This document shows positions 25,650-33,805 of a stretch of 64,000 nt of DNA, in pieces. A program made the translations under genes and the position numbers. The notes under the pieces were generated by a model, which was not told the DNA's origin, made no database searches, and worked only from the letters and a program-made list of their open reading frames with translations. Origin of the DNA: Acidimicrobiales bacterium (lineage in GTDB: Bacteria; Actinomycetota; Acidimicrobiia; Acidimicrobiales; Palsa-688); assembly GCA_035508795.1 (NCBI GenBank), contig DATJMJ010000006.1, positions 793 to 64,792 of the forward strand, in the 5' to 3' direction. How positions within the stretch are numbered: position 1 is the first letter of the stretch; every line of letters begins with the position of its first letter.

Positions 25650-26230
25650 GCGTCCAGCATCCGGGCCGTGGACCGGCCCGGCAACGGATCTTGCTCGTCG
25701 GGATGATGGGTGCCGGTAAGTCGCAGGTGGCGCGCCTCGTGGCCCGGCGTCTCGGCTGGTCCCGCGCCGACACCGACGAGATGGTCGAAGCTGAAGCCGG
25801 GATGTCTGTGGCCGAGATGTTCGCCTCGGTCGGCGAGGCGGAGTTCAGGGTCGCCGAGTCGCGTGCGATCGCGGCCTTGCGCGAGACCACCGGCCCGCTT
25901 GTCGTGAGCCTCGGCGGCGGATCGGTCCTGAGCTCGGCCAACCGGGAGCTGATCCGGTCGCTCGGGGCCGTTGCCTGGCTTCGTGCAAAGCCCCTGACCC
26001 TCGCCCGGCGGGTCGGGCAGGGAAAGGGCCGTCCCCTCCTGGCGACCGCCGACGACCGCCCAGCCGTCGCCCTGGAGCGGATAGCCGCCGAACGGCAGAA
26101 CCTATACGCAGAGGTCGCCGACGTCGTCATCGACGTGGACGGCCTTTCCCCTGGCCGGGTGGCCTCACGGCTGCTTGCCGAGCTGGGCGAGCTGGCTGAC
26201 CTGGCTGATGTCAAGGGCGCAGGGCGCTAA
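25646..26230 (+). CDS. aroK: Shikimate kinase
   Basis: ILLVGMMGAGKSQVARLVARRLGW...DTDEMVE (P-loop plus shikimate-binding D). The ATG overlaps the aroC stop (ATGA). Only the last 194 aa of track ORF 24917-26230 are used. Confidence 0.9.
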   Translation: MSVQHPGRGPARQRILLVGMMGAGKSQVARLVARRLGWSRADTDEMVEAEAGMSVAEMFASVGEAEFRVAESRAIAALRETTGPLVVSLGGGSVLSSANRELIRSLGAVAWLRAKPLTLARRVGQGKGRPLLATADDRPAVALERIAAERQNLYAEVADVVIDVDGLSPGRVASRLLAELGELADLADVKGAGR

Positions 26231-26243
26231 CGTCGGCGGCGCT

Positions 26244-27311
26244 ATGTCCCCCCTGAGACAGCTCGAGGTCGACCTCGGCGCCCGTAGCTACCCCGTCGTC
26301 GTGGGCAATGGCGCCCGCCACCACCTGGCGTCTTTCGCGCCGGGCACCGCCCGCAAAGCGGCTGTGGTCACTCAGGCCGGCGTCGGCGTGGGGGTGAGCA
26401 CGGGCCTCGCCGAGGAGGTGTTCCTCATCGGGGAGGGCGAGGAAGCCAAAAACCTCGCCACGGTCGAAGGACTTTGCCGCAGCTTTGCTCGCTTCGGCCT
26501 GACAAGGTCCGACATTGTCGTCGCAGTAGGCGGCGGCGTGGTGAGCGACGTAGCGGGCTTTGCTGCCGCTGTTTACCACCGCGGCGTTGCTTTTGCCAAC
26601 GTCGCCACGACCCTGCTCGCACAGGTGGACGCCGCTATCGGTGGGAAGGTGGGCGTCAACCTTCCCGAGGGCAAAAACCTCGTGGGCGCCTTCTGGCAGC
26701 CGTTGGCGGTCGTCTGCGACACAGAGGTCCTGTCGAGCCTGCCTCCTCGCGAATACCGCAGCGGCCTCGGGGAAATGGCCAAGTACGCCTTCCTTGGCGT
26801 CGACAGCCTGCCCGAGCTCGACCTCGACGAGGCGGTGGCCCGTTGCGTCGAGTGCAAAGCCCGCTTTGTCGCGGCAGACGAACGAGAATCGGCGGCCCAG
26901 GTCGGTCCTCAGGCAGCGGGGACGACACCGGCGGCGGGGCCGGTGCAGGGCCGTGCCTTGCTCAATTACGGCCACACGCTCGGCCACGCCCTCGAGACTG
27001 CCGGCCACTACGACTTGCGCCACGGCGAGGCGGTGGCTGTAGGGCTTGTGTTCGCCGCCCATTTGGCACGCCGGCTCGGGCGTGTGGACGACGGCGCGGT
27101 GGCGTACCACGAGCGCGTCGTAGCCGCCTACGACCTGCCCTCCCGCTTGCCGCAGGGAGCAGACCTCGCTGAGCTCGTCCGCGTGATGAGGCGTGACAAA
27201 AAAGCTGTCCACAATGGGCTGACTTTCGTGCTCGACGGCCCGGCGGGGCTCGAAGTGGTAAACGGCGTCGACGAGACCGAGGTAGTGAGCGCCATGAAGG
27301 AGCTCCAGTAG
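26244..27311 (+). CDS. aroB: 3-dehydroquinate synthase
   Basis: VAVGGGVVSDVAGFAAAVYHRGVAFANVATTLLAQVDAAIGGKVGVN and LNYGHTLGHALE metal-binding motifs. Contains a short Ala/Gly/Pro-rich insertion (ADERESAAQVGPQAAGTTPAAGP). Confidence 0.9.
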   Translation: MSPLRQLEVDLGARSYPVVVGNGARHHLASFAPGTARKAAVVTQAGVGVGVSTGLAEEVFLIGEGEEAKNLATVEGLCRSFARFGLTRSDIVVAVGGGVVSDVAGFAAAVYHRGVAFANVATTLLAQVDAAIGGKVGVNLPEGKNLVGAFWQPLAVVCDTEVLSSLPPREYRSGLGEMAKYAFLGVDSLPELDLDEAVARCVECKARFVAADERESAAQVGPQAAGTTPAAGPVQGRALLNYGHTLGHALETAGHYDLRHGEAVAVGLVFAAHLARRLGRVDDGAVAYHERVVAAYDLPSRLPQGADLAELVRVMRRDKKAVHNGLTFVLDGPAGLEVVNGVDETEVVSAMKELQ

Positions 27312-27484
27312 CCCGGCTCGTGCGGTGCGCCGGGCCGGGGCCTGGTCCGCCAGGTCAGCGACCTTGGTCCCTAAGCCCGCCCGGCGCTCCTGCCGATGAA
27401 AATTGCTGAGATGACCTCGCCTTTTTTCCTTCACCCGCCTCAGATAGGCCCGGCAACGCCTCCGAAGGGCCCTGCGGCCGCGCT

Positions 27485-28279
27485 ATGTTGATCGCACCGG
27501 GAGCCGTACCGGCCCTGATGCTCGGCCTCGTCGGCTTGGTCATCGGGTCTTTTGCCAACGTGGTGATCTACCGCGTACCGGCCGGCCGCTCTATCGTCTC
27601 GCCCGGTTCGGCCTGCCCCAAGTGCGGCGCGGAGGTACGCCCGTTCGACAACCTGCCCGTCGTGTCGTGGTTCGTCCTGCGCGGCCGTTGCCGGGACTGC
27701 CGGGCAGCGATCTCGCCCCGTTACCCGGCCATAGAAGCTCTGACAGGCCTTGTGTTCGCGGGCCTCGGGTGGCGCTTTGGCATTTCCTGGACGGGGGCGG
27801 GGGAGGCAGTGCTTGCCGCCGGCCTCGTGATCCTCGGCTTCATCGACCTCGACCACATGCTCCTGCCGCGCCGCATCGTCTACCTGACCTTGACCCTCGT
27901 CGGCGTGGCGTTCGTGATAGGGGCAGCGAGCGGCAGCCAGTGGCACCGCCTCGGGGTAGCGGCAATTTGCGCCGTCGTGCCGTGGGCATTGTTCTTCGCG
28001 ATCAATTTCATCAGCCCCAAGGCGCTCGGTTTTGGCGACGTCCGCCTCGCCCTGCTGATCGGGTTCGGGCTCGGGTGGCTGGGAGCCGGCTACGCGTTCC
28101 TGGGTTTCGTGATAGCGAGCGTCCTCGGGTCAGTTGTCGGCGTCACGCTTATGGCACTGGGCAAAGCCGGCAGGCGCACGCCGATCCCGTTCGGGACCTT
28201 TCTCGCAGCCGGAGCGCTCATTGCAGCACTGGCGGGCAGCCCCATCGTCAACTGGTACACGACGCAGATCCACCACTGA
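27485..28279 (+). CDS. pilD: Prepilin peptidase / N-methyltransferase family A24
   Basis: N-terminal CPKCG...CRDCR zinc-finger (DiS-P-DiS) region, multiple TM helices, and the catalytic Asp motif GFGDVRLALLIGFGLGW. Confidence 0.9.
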   Translation: MLIAPGAVPALMLGLVGLVIGSFANVVIYRVPAGRSIVSPGSACPKCGAEVRPFDNLPVVSWFVLRGRCRDCRAAISPRYPAIEALTGLVFAGLGWRFGISWTGAGEAVLAAGLVILGFIDLDHMLLPRRIVYLTLTLVGVAFVIGAASGSQWHRLGVAAICAVVPWALFFAINFISPKALGFGDVRLALLIGFGLGWLGAGYAFLGFVIASVLGSVVGVTLMALGKAGRRTPIPFGTFLAAGALIAALAGSPIVNWYTTQIHH

Positions 28280-28322
28280 CAACCCCGCTCTGCGGCCAGG
28301 CGAGCGCCGGGACGGCTGGTTG

Positions 28323-28916
28323 CTAGCTGCCCGCTCTCGCGGTGACCCGGGTCACGAGCAGTTCTAGGAGCACGAGAAGGGCGTCGCGGCACGAAGGCTT
28401 GCTCCTGGCGTCCATCTCGAACACGGGCACGTGGGCCGGGATACCGAGAGCTTCGCGGATGTCGTCGACCGAATAGTGGTACGACCCCTCGAAATAGTTG
28501 ACCCCGACGACGAACGGCAGCTCCAGCTTTTCGAAGTAGTCGATGGCGGCAAAGCAGTCTTCGACCCTTCGTGTGTCGACCAGCACGACGGCGCCGAGCG
28601 CGCCCTGGACAAGGTCGTCCCACATGAAGCTGAACCGGCCTTGTCCGGGCACGCCGAACAGGTACATGACGAGTGCATCGTCGACCGTGAGCCGCCCGAA
28701 GTCCATTGCGACAGTGGTCGTGGTCTTGGTCGTGGCGGCGACGGCCTGGTGGTCGTCGACCCCGGTGGCGACCGACGTCATGGCCGCCTCGGTCGTGAGC
28801 GGTTCGACTTCGGAGATGGCCCCGACGAAGGTCGTCTTGCCGACCCCGAAGCCGCCGGCAATGACGAACTTGACGGCCATAACTCGCTGGTTGGCGCTGT
28901 CAAAGGGCACGGACAC
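28323..28916 (-). CDS. cvnD: Conservon GTPase (CvnD-type, MglA-like Ras-superfamily ATP/GTP-binding protein)
   Basis: VKFVIAGGFGVGKTTFV P-loop, FGVPGQGRF switch II (xxPGQ as in MglA/CvnD), VLVDTRR. ATG 28880 is an alternative start. Confidence 0.85.
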   Translation of the reverse strand: MSVPFDSANQRVMAVKFVIAGGFGVGKTTFVGAISEVEPLTTEAAMTSVATGVDDHQAVAATTKTTTTVAMDFGRLTVDDALVMYLFGVPGQGRFSFMWDDLVQGALGAVVLVDTRRVEDCFAAIDYFEKLELPFVVGVNYFEGSYHYSVDDIREALGIPAHVPVFEMDARSKPSCRDALLVLLELLVTRVTARAGS

Positions 28917-29250
28917 GTTCGATCATCCTTGTTAGGGCGGATAGTTCAATTTCGACAGGGTCGGTTTGGTGGACCCGGACTGCCCCGGTGTCCAGGAGGT
29001 CGCCGACGACCACGACGAGCACCTGCGCCGGCAGGTGCATCATGGCAGACAGCTCGGCGATCGAGATCGGTTGAGGAGACAGGGAAACGACGGCCCGCTG
29101 CTCGGAGGTACGCGCGACCCAGGCTTGCGCCGGGACGGTTTCGACCAACGTTTCCCAGCGCAGGTCGTACTTTTTCGCGACTGTTCGGCCCCCCGTGAGG
29201 ATGAACGGACGTATGAACCCGGCATGCGCGGGAGCCTCCTGGTTGGCCAC
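28900..29250 (-). CDS. cvnC: DUF742 protein (conservon component CvnC)
   Basis: FIRPFILTGGRT...ISIAELSAMMHLPAQVLVVVVGDLLDTGAVRV is the typical DUF742 pattern (VRPYxxTxGRT plus a wHTH-like C-terminus). Confidence 0.8.
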   Translation of the reverse strand: MANQEAPAHAGFIRPFILTGGRTVAKKYDLRWETLVETVPAQAWVARTSEQRAVVSLSPQPISIAELSAMMHLPAQVLVVVVGDLLDTGAVRVHQTDPVEIELSALTRMIERVRAL

Positions 29251-29265
29251 TTTCGGTTGCTCGTC

Positions 29266-29697
29266 CTAGCTGTTGAGCACTTGCGCGCGCAGCTCGGCGA
29301 CGAGCGCAGGTGTTAGCAGGGCGCCGGCCCGGTCGAGCAGCAGGCTGGTCTGGTAGCCCACGAGGCCGATATCACAGCTCGCGTCGGCAACGACGCCGAG
29401 GTGGCTGCCGTCCGAAATGGACGAGACGAACAAGTAGCCGCCGTCCATCACCGTCACGATCTGGTGGACGGGGTCCCAGCCAAAAGCCTTCGCGGCGCCC
29501 TTGGAGAGCGCCACCATGCCCGAGATGATCGCCGCTACCCGCTCGGCCCCGGCCCGGTCCAATGTGTGCGACATCGCCATCAAGAGCCCGTCCGACGAGA
29601 CGGCAACGGCGTCGCAGACACCGGCGCTCGTGGTGACGAAATTGTCGAGCAGCCAGTTGAAGTTCCTTACCTCGTTGCTCAGCGTCTCAGTGGTCAT
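29266..29697 (-). CDS. cvnB: Roadblock/LC7 domain protein (conservon component CvnB, MglB-like)
   Basis: NFNWLLDNFVTTSAGVCDAVAVSSDGLLMA...AAIISGMVALS...VTVMDGGYLFVSSI is a typical Robl/LC7 pattern. Confidence 0.85.
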   Translation of the reverse strand: MTTETLSNEVRNFNWLLDNFVTTSAGVCDAVAVSSDGLLMAMSHTLDRAGAERVAAIISGMVALSKGAAKAFGWDPVHQIVTVMDGGYLFVSSISDGSHLGVVADASCDIGLVGYQTSLLLDRAGALLTPALVAELRAQVLNS

Positions 29698-31775
29698 GAG
29701 GCGTCCTGCTCCTTCTCTAGCTTTTCGGCGCGGCCATCGTGGGGGGCGGTGGCCGAGAGGTACTGCGTCACTGCTCCGGCGACCCCGCGCGGGGTGCGTG
29801 TGGTCTTTGTCGGGGCCTTACGGCGGAGTGACCCGTCTTCTGCCTCGAGGGCAGCTCCCGGCACCCGGCGGGTCAGCTTGCGCAGAGCGGCAGCCGTTGT
29901 ACGGGCCTGTTCTGCCGGGCCGACGGCGGGCGTCTCTCCGGTCGTCTCGGGGTGCCAGGCGAACCCGGCCGTGCTCGGAGGCGGCGGAGCCGCCGCCAAC
30001 GGTGAGCCGATGCCGAGGTCGGGGGCGATCGGCCTCGGAGAGGGCGGGACTGCCACGTGCAGGGGTGGTTCGGGGGCCTCGGCCCAGCCCTGGCGGGCCG
30101 CCTCGGCGGCAGAGGTCTGACCGCCCGCCGCCTGCTCGGCCGCAGCGGCGTACGCTGCGTATGCTGCGGCGGCGCCGGGCATTGCCGGGGCCTGCGCAGG
30201 ACGCCTGAAGGGTGTGATGGGCGACGGGCCGGCGTCTGAGGGGGACGGCGATTGCGGGGAACCTGGCACCCCCGGCTTGAGGAGCGGAGGCTGCTCAGCA
30301 CCGAACGCCGGGTGTTCCGCTCGGTCGGGAGGAGCCGCCGGCGCTTCGAGGCGCCTCGGCAGCGGCGTCGGGCGCTCGACGGCCTCGACCTCCTCGGGCT
30401 GTCCTTCTTCGGCGCCCTCGAACACGCCGGGCTCGCCGGCACCGTAGACGCCTTGGAGGAAGTCCGCCGCAAGGCCTGCGTTGAAGCGGGAAGCCCCTTC
30501 GGCCTCACCCTGCGACGGGGCGGCGGGCCTGGGGGCGCTGGCCGGGTTCAACCGGGCCGGTTGGCCGTCCTGGCCTTGGGCTTCGGCCAGCGCCGAGAGG
30601 TCCGGCACGGCGTCTTCGATGAGCTCGGCCGGGATCTTTACGCGGGCCACGATCCCGCCGGATTGGGACGACTGGAGGGTGATCCCGAGTGCGTGGCGGG
30701 CGGCTAGCTTGCCTGCGACGAAGTGGCCGAGGTAGCGGCCGGGTACGTCGACGTCGTTGCCGAGCCCTGAAAGGCGGTGGTTGGCAGTATCGAGGTCGGC
30801 TGCCGCCATGCCGATCCCCGAGTCGACGATGACGATCACGTAGCTGCCCTCGAGGAAGCGCCCGTAGATGTCCACGGTCGAGCCAGGAGGCGAGAAAGTC
30901 AGGGCGTTTTCGATCAGCTCGGCGAGGATGTGCACCAGGTCCGTCGTGGCGGTACCGGCCACTTGCGCAGCGTCGAAGTGGTGCAGGCGGAGGCGTTTGT
31001 AGTCCTCGACCTCGGCCGAAGCCGCCCGTGCCACGTCCATGGCGGGCACGGCCTGGCTCCACTGGCGGGAGGGGCCGCTGCCGGCCAGGATCAGCAGCGA
31101 CTCGGCATTGCGGCGCATGCGGGTTGCGAGGTGGTCAAGGCGGAAGAGCTCGTCGAGCGACGTCGGGTCCGACTCCTTCAGCTCGATCTCGCTGATGTAC
31201 TCGAGCTGGCGGGTGAGCAGGTTCTGGTTGCGCCGCCCCAGGTTGACGAACGCTTCTGAGAGGTTTTGGCGCAGCTCTGCCTGTGCGACCGCAAGGTCGA
31301 CGGCCGTCCGGTTGACGGCGTCGAGCGCCCGGGCCAGCTCGGCAACTTCGTCCGAGCCCTTGACGACTATTTGGGGCACGCTCGGGCGCTCCCCGCCGGA
31401 CGCTCCGGCAGCGAGGATCGCCTGCACCGTCGAGGGCAGGACCGTGCTCGCAGCCTCCTCGGCCTTACGGGCGAGGTCGGACAGCGGGCGGGAAACCGAA
31501 CGGCTCATCAATGCGACGACGGCGAGCCCCACCAAGAGCCCGAACGCACAAAGAGCTAGGAAGAAGAGGGCTTCGGTGCCTGCGCTGTGCTTGAGCGACT
31601 GCACCGCCGACGACAGGGATGCCTGGCTGTCGGCGCGGTTGACCTGGCGTGTGGTCCAAACGGCCCCGAAGCCGGCGCCGACGACCAGGATGCCGAACGG
31701 CACTGCGAAAGCCACGACCAATTTCGATCTGATGTGCCGGAACACTGGGGCCTTTCTTGGCGATTTTTTGGCCAT
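29694..31775 (-). CDS. cvnA: Conservon sensor histidine-kinase-like ATPase (CvnA-type)
   Basis: Two TM helices flank a short (~30 aa) outer loop. Then a HAMP-like segment, the dimerisation region FVNLGRRNQNLLTRQLEYI, and HATPase_c motifs (ELIENALTFSPPG, DSGIGM). A ~300-aa Pro/Ala-rich tail ends in the basic LRKLTRRVPGA...RRKAP motif common in CvnA proteins. The start is taken at MAKKSPRK (31775). Confidence 0.8.
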   Translation of the reverse strand: MAKKSPRKAPVFRHIRSKLVVAFAVPFGILVVGAGFGAVWTTRQVNRADSQASLSSAVQSLKHSAGTEALFFLALCAFGLLVGLAVVALMSRSVSRPLSDLARKAEEAASTVLPSTVQAILAAGASGGERPSVPQIVVKGSDEVAELARALDAVNRTAVDLAVAQAELRQNLSEAFVNLGRRNQNLLTRQLEYISEIELKESDPTSLDELFRLDHLATRMRRNAESLLILAGSGPSRQWSQAVPAMDVARAASAEVEDYKRLRLHHFDAAQVAGTATTDLVHILAELIENALTFSPPGSTVDIYGRFLEGSYVIVIVDSGIGMAAADLDTANHRLSGLGNDVDVPGRYLGHFVAGKLAARHALGITLQSSQSGGIVARVKIPAELIEDAVPDLSALAEAQGQDGQPARLNPASAPRPAAPSQGEAEGASRFNAGLAADFLQGVYGAGEPGVFEGAEEGQPEEVEAVERPTPLPRRLEAPAAPPDRAEHPAFGAEQPPLLKPGVPGSPQSPSPSDAGPSPITPFRRPAQAPAMPGAAAAYAAYAAAAEQAAGGQTSAAEAARQGWAEAPEPPLHVAVPPSPRPIAPDLGIGSPLAAAPPPPSTAGFAWHPETTGETPAVGPAEQARTTAAALRKLTRRVPGAALEAEDGSLRRKAPTKTTRTPRGVAGAVTQYLSATAPHDGRAEKLEKEQDAS

Positions 31776-31777
31776 CT

Positions 31778-32938
31778 CTAACGGCCCACTTCCACCAGTG
31801 GGCCTGGTTTGGGTGTCGAGATCTTCGAGGCGCTGCCAGCTTCGTGAGGCAGGCCGATGGCCCAACCGAGGAGGTTCACGTCTTCGGTCAGGTAGATGAC
31901 CTGGTTGCCGCGCTGAGACAGCGCCGTGATGAGGGTGGCTGCACCTTCTGCTCCAAAGCGAGTGAAGGCTTCGTCGACAAAGACAGCCTCATCCGGTTGG
32001 AAATGGGCGCTGTTCACCCACACGACGAGAGCGTCGAGAGGCTCCAGCAGAGGCCTTTTCGCGCTCGTGAGCTCGGAGAGGTCCCGTTTCTCGTTGTCCA
32101 GGCGTGACTTCGCCGCCGCGGCGACGCTTTGAGCCTGGGTGTCGGCAGCATCCGCAGAGGAAGCGGCGGCAGCCAGCTGGTCGCGGTAGTTGGCGACGAG
32201 CCCGGGCAGCGGGACGCCCTCGCCCCAATCGGCAGGCGAGCTCATCCCCGCCACCGCGTCCCTGAGCGCATGGTTGGCGGTTGTAAGCGCCAAAAAGGCT
32301 TGCTGGGTTGCGCTGCGGGCAGTCTGGGAGATCTCGTCGGCCTGGCGCACGGCCCCCTGTTTTTCGATCTCCGCCGCCGTAAGGGCGGCCTGGAGGTTGA
32401 GCGCTTGCTGGAGGACGGCCTCGGGGACGGCGGAGCCGTCCCGTGCCTTGCGCGCTTGTTCGAGGGAGGCGTCGGCGTTGTGGCGTTGCCCGAGGGCCCG
32501 GTCGAGCTCGGCGAGCGCAGTTGCAAGCGACCGCGCCGATTCCGCCTCAGTACGGACGGCGGCTTCATAACCTTCCTGAGCAGCGAAGAGGTCCTTGGCG
32601 AGGTCGTCGAAGCGGCGGAGGTCACCGCTCGTCTTGGAGGCGGCGCTTGCCGCCTCGGATGCAGCTTGCTCGGCAACTTTCAGCGCGCTCTGGGCTTCGC
32701 CGACAGTTGACTTCTTAGTGGCTATGTCCGCCTCGTGACGGTCGAGCGCCTCCTTCTCGGCCCGCCTGAGCTCGTCGTCCACATCGGGCTCCACCACGAT
32801 CACGCAGCCTGCGGTGTCGCGCACGCCGGCGGTGACGGCCGCCCTCGCTTGAGGACCGGCAGCTACGACGGCGATCGCGGAGTGGATGCCACGGGCAAGC
32901 ACCTTGCCGTCTGCGTCGTGAAGCTCTTGAAAACGCAC
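31778..32938 (-). CDS. Coiled-coil protein with degenerate SMC/SbcC/YhaN-like head motifs (hypothetical)
   Basis: GTG 32938 has a GGAG RBS 9 nt upstream. There are ~250 aa of Ala/Glu/Gln-rich heptad-like sequence. The C-terminus AVFVDEAFTRFGAEGAATLITALSQRGNQVIYLTED resembles the Walker B/D-loop region of SMC-like ATPases. The N-terminal IAVVAAGPQARAAV sits where a P-loop (GPNGxGKS) would be. The stop is 2 nt from the cvnA start. Confidence 0.6.
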   Translation of the reverse strand: MRFQELHDADGKVLARGIHSAIAVVAAGPQARAAVTAGVRDTAGCVIVVEPDVDDELRRAEKEALDRHEADIATKKSTVGEAQSALKVAEQAASEAASAASKTSGDLRRFDDLAKDLFAAQEGYEAAVRTEAESARSLATALAELDRALGQRHNADASLEQARKARDGSAVPEAVLQQALNLQAALTAAEIEKQGAVRQADEISQTARSATQQAFLALTTANHALRDAVAGMSSPADWGEGVPLPGLVANYRDQLAAAASSADAADTQAQSVAAAAKSRLDNEKRDLSELTSAKRPLLEPLDALVVWVNSAHFQPDEAVFVDEAFTRFGAEGAATLITALSQRGNQVIYLTEDVNLLGWAIGLPHEAGSASKISTPKPGPLVEVGR

Positions 32939-33206
32939 GTGGTTGCTCCGTCTGTCAGATCTCGCGGGCGGCGTGCCCGCACCGGCCCGAGGCGCCCGAT
33001 CGCCTGCTGGCGTCACGCCGGCGGCGGGGGTAGCTGCTCCGCGGGTTGTTTGGCATATGCTCTGAGCGCCTTTGGTAGCTGGAACTTCTCGTGCTTAGAG
33101 TCGGCCCGAAGGAAGGCGAACTTGAGGAAGAGGGCCGCCCGCACCGCGAGCCTACCCCTCGGAGGTTGAGCGGCCGGGCGAGCCGCACAGGGCAGGAGGA
33201 GCCACA

Positions 33207-33767
33207 TTGCCACGAGATGAACCGCCGGTACGCCCGGGGTTGACTGTCGTGACCGGTATACAGGAGCCCACCGGCGACCGGCCCGGTCGCGGGCCGGAGG
33301 AAAGAGCTGACGCGTCGGAGGCTTCGGTCGTCCTGCTCCTGTCGGGCCCTAACCTCAACCTCCTCGGGCAGCGCCAGCCCGAGATATACGGCCGTGACAC
33401 CCTGGCCGACCACGTGGCACGGGCCACGCTCACCGCCGCCGAGCACGGCCTCGCCATCCAGCACGTCCAGTCCGACTACGAAGGCGCTCTCGTAGAGGCG
33501 GTCCACGAAGCGCGCGGCCAGATGGCGGCGATAGTGGTTAACCCGGGCGCCCTGACCCACTATTCGTGGTCGCTCCACGACGCCCTTGCAGCCTTCGACG
33601 GCCCGGTCGTGGAGCTCCACTTGAGCAACCCTGCCCGCCGCGAGGCCTGGCGCCGGTTATCTGTGGTGAGCCCGGTTGCCACCGGCTCGATCACCGGCTT
33701 CGGCGGGGAGGGCTACCGCCTCGCGATAGAGGCCGTGGCGGCTCTCCTCCGCAACGCCAAGCACTGA
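33207..33767 (+). CDS. aroQ: 3-dehydroquinate dehydratase, type II
   Basis: VLLLSGPNLNLLGQRQPEIYG...QSDYEGALVE...VVNPGALTHYSWSLHDA...ELHLSNPARRE are canonical type II DHQase motifs. The start is uncertain (TTG 33207 or GTG ~33248). Confidence 0.85.
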   Translation: MPRDEPPVRPGLTVVTGIQEPTGDRPGRGPEERADASEASVVLLLSGPNLNLLGQRQPEIYGRDTLADHVARATLTAAEHGLAIQHVQSDYEGALVEAVHEARGQMAAIVVNPGALTHYSWSLHDALAAFDGPVVELHLSNPARREAWRRLSVVSPVATGSITGFGGEGYRLAIEAVAALLRNAKH

Positions 33768-33805
33768 AACGCCAAGCACCGAGCGGCCGCCGGCCAGGCC
33801 GAGCG

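Noticed and set aside
32939-33206. The 268-bp gap between the coiled-coil gene and aroQ as a possible ncRNA or small-ORF locus.
   Set aside because: - I found no convincing conserved-looking structure, promoter/terminator pair or motif-bearing small ORF by eye.
- It is most simply a divergent promoter region, and the aroQ start itself is uncertain.
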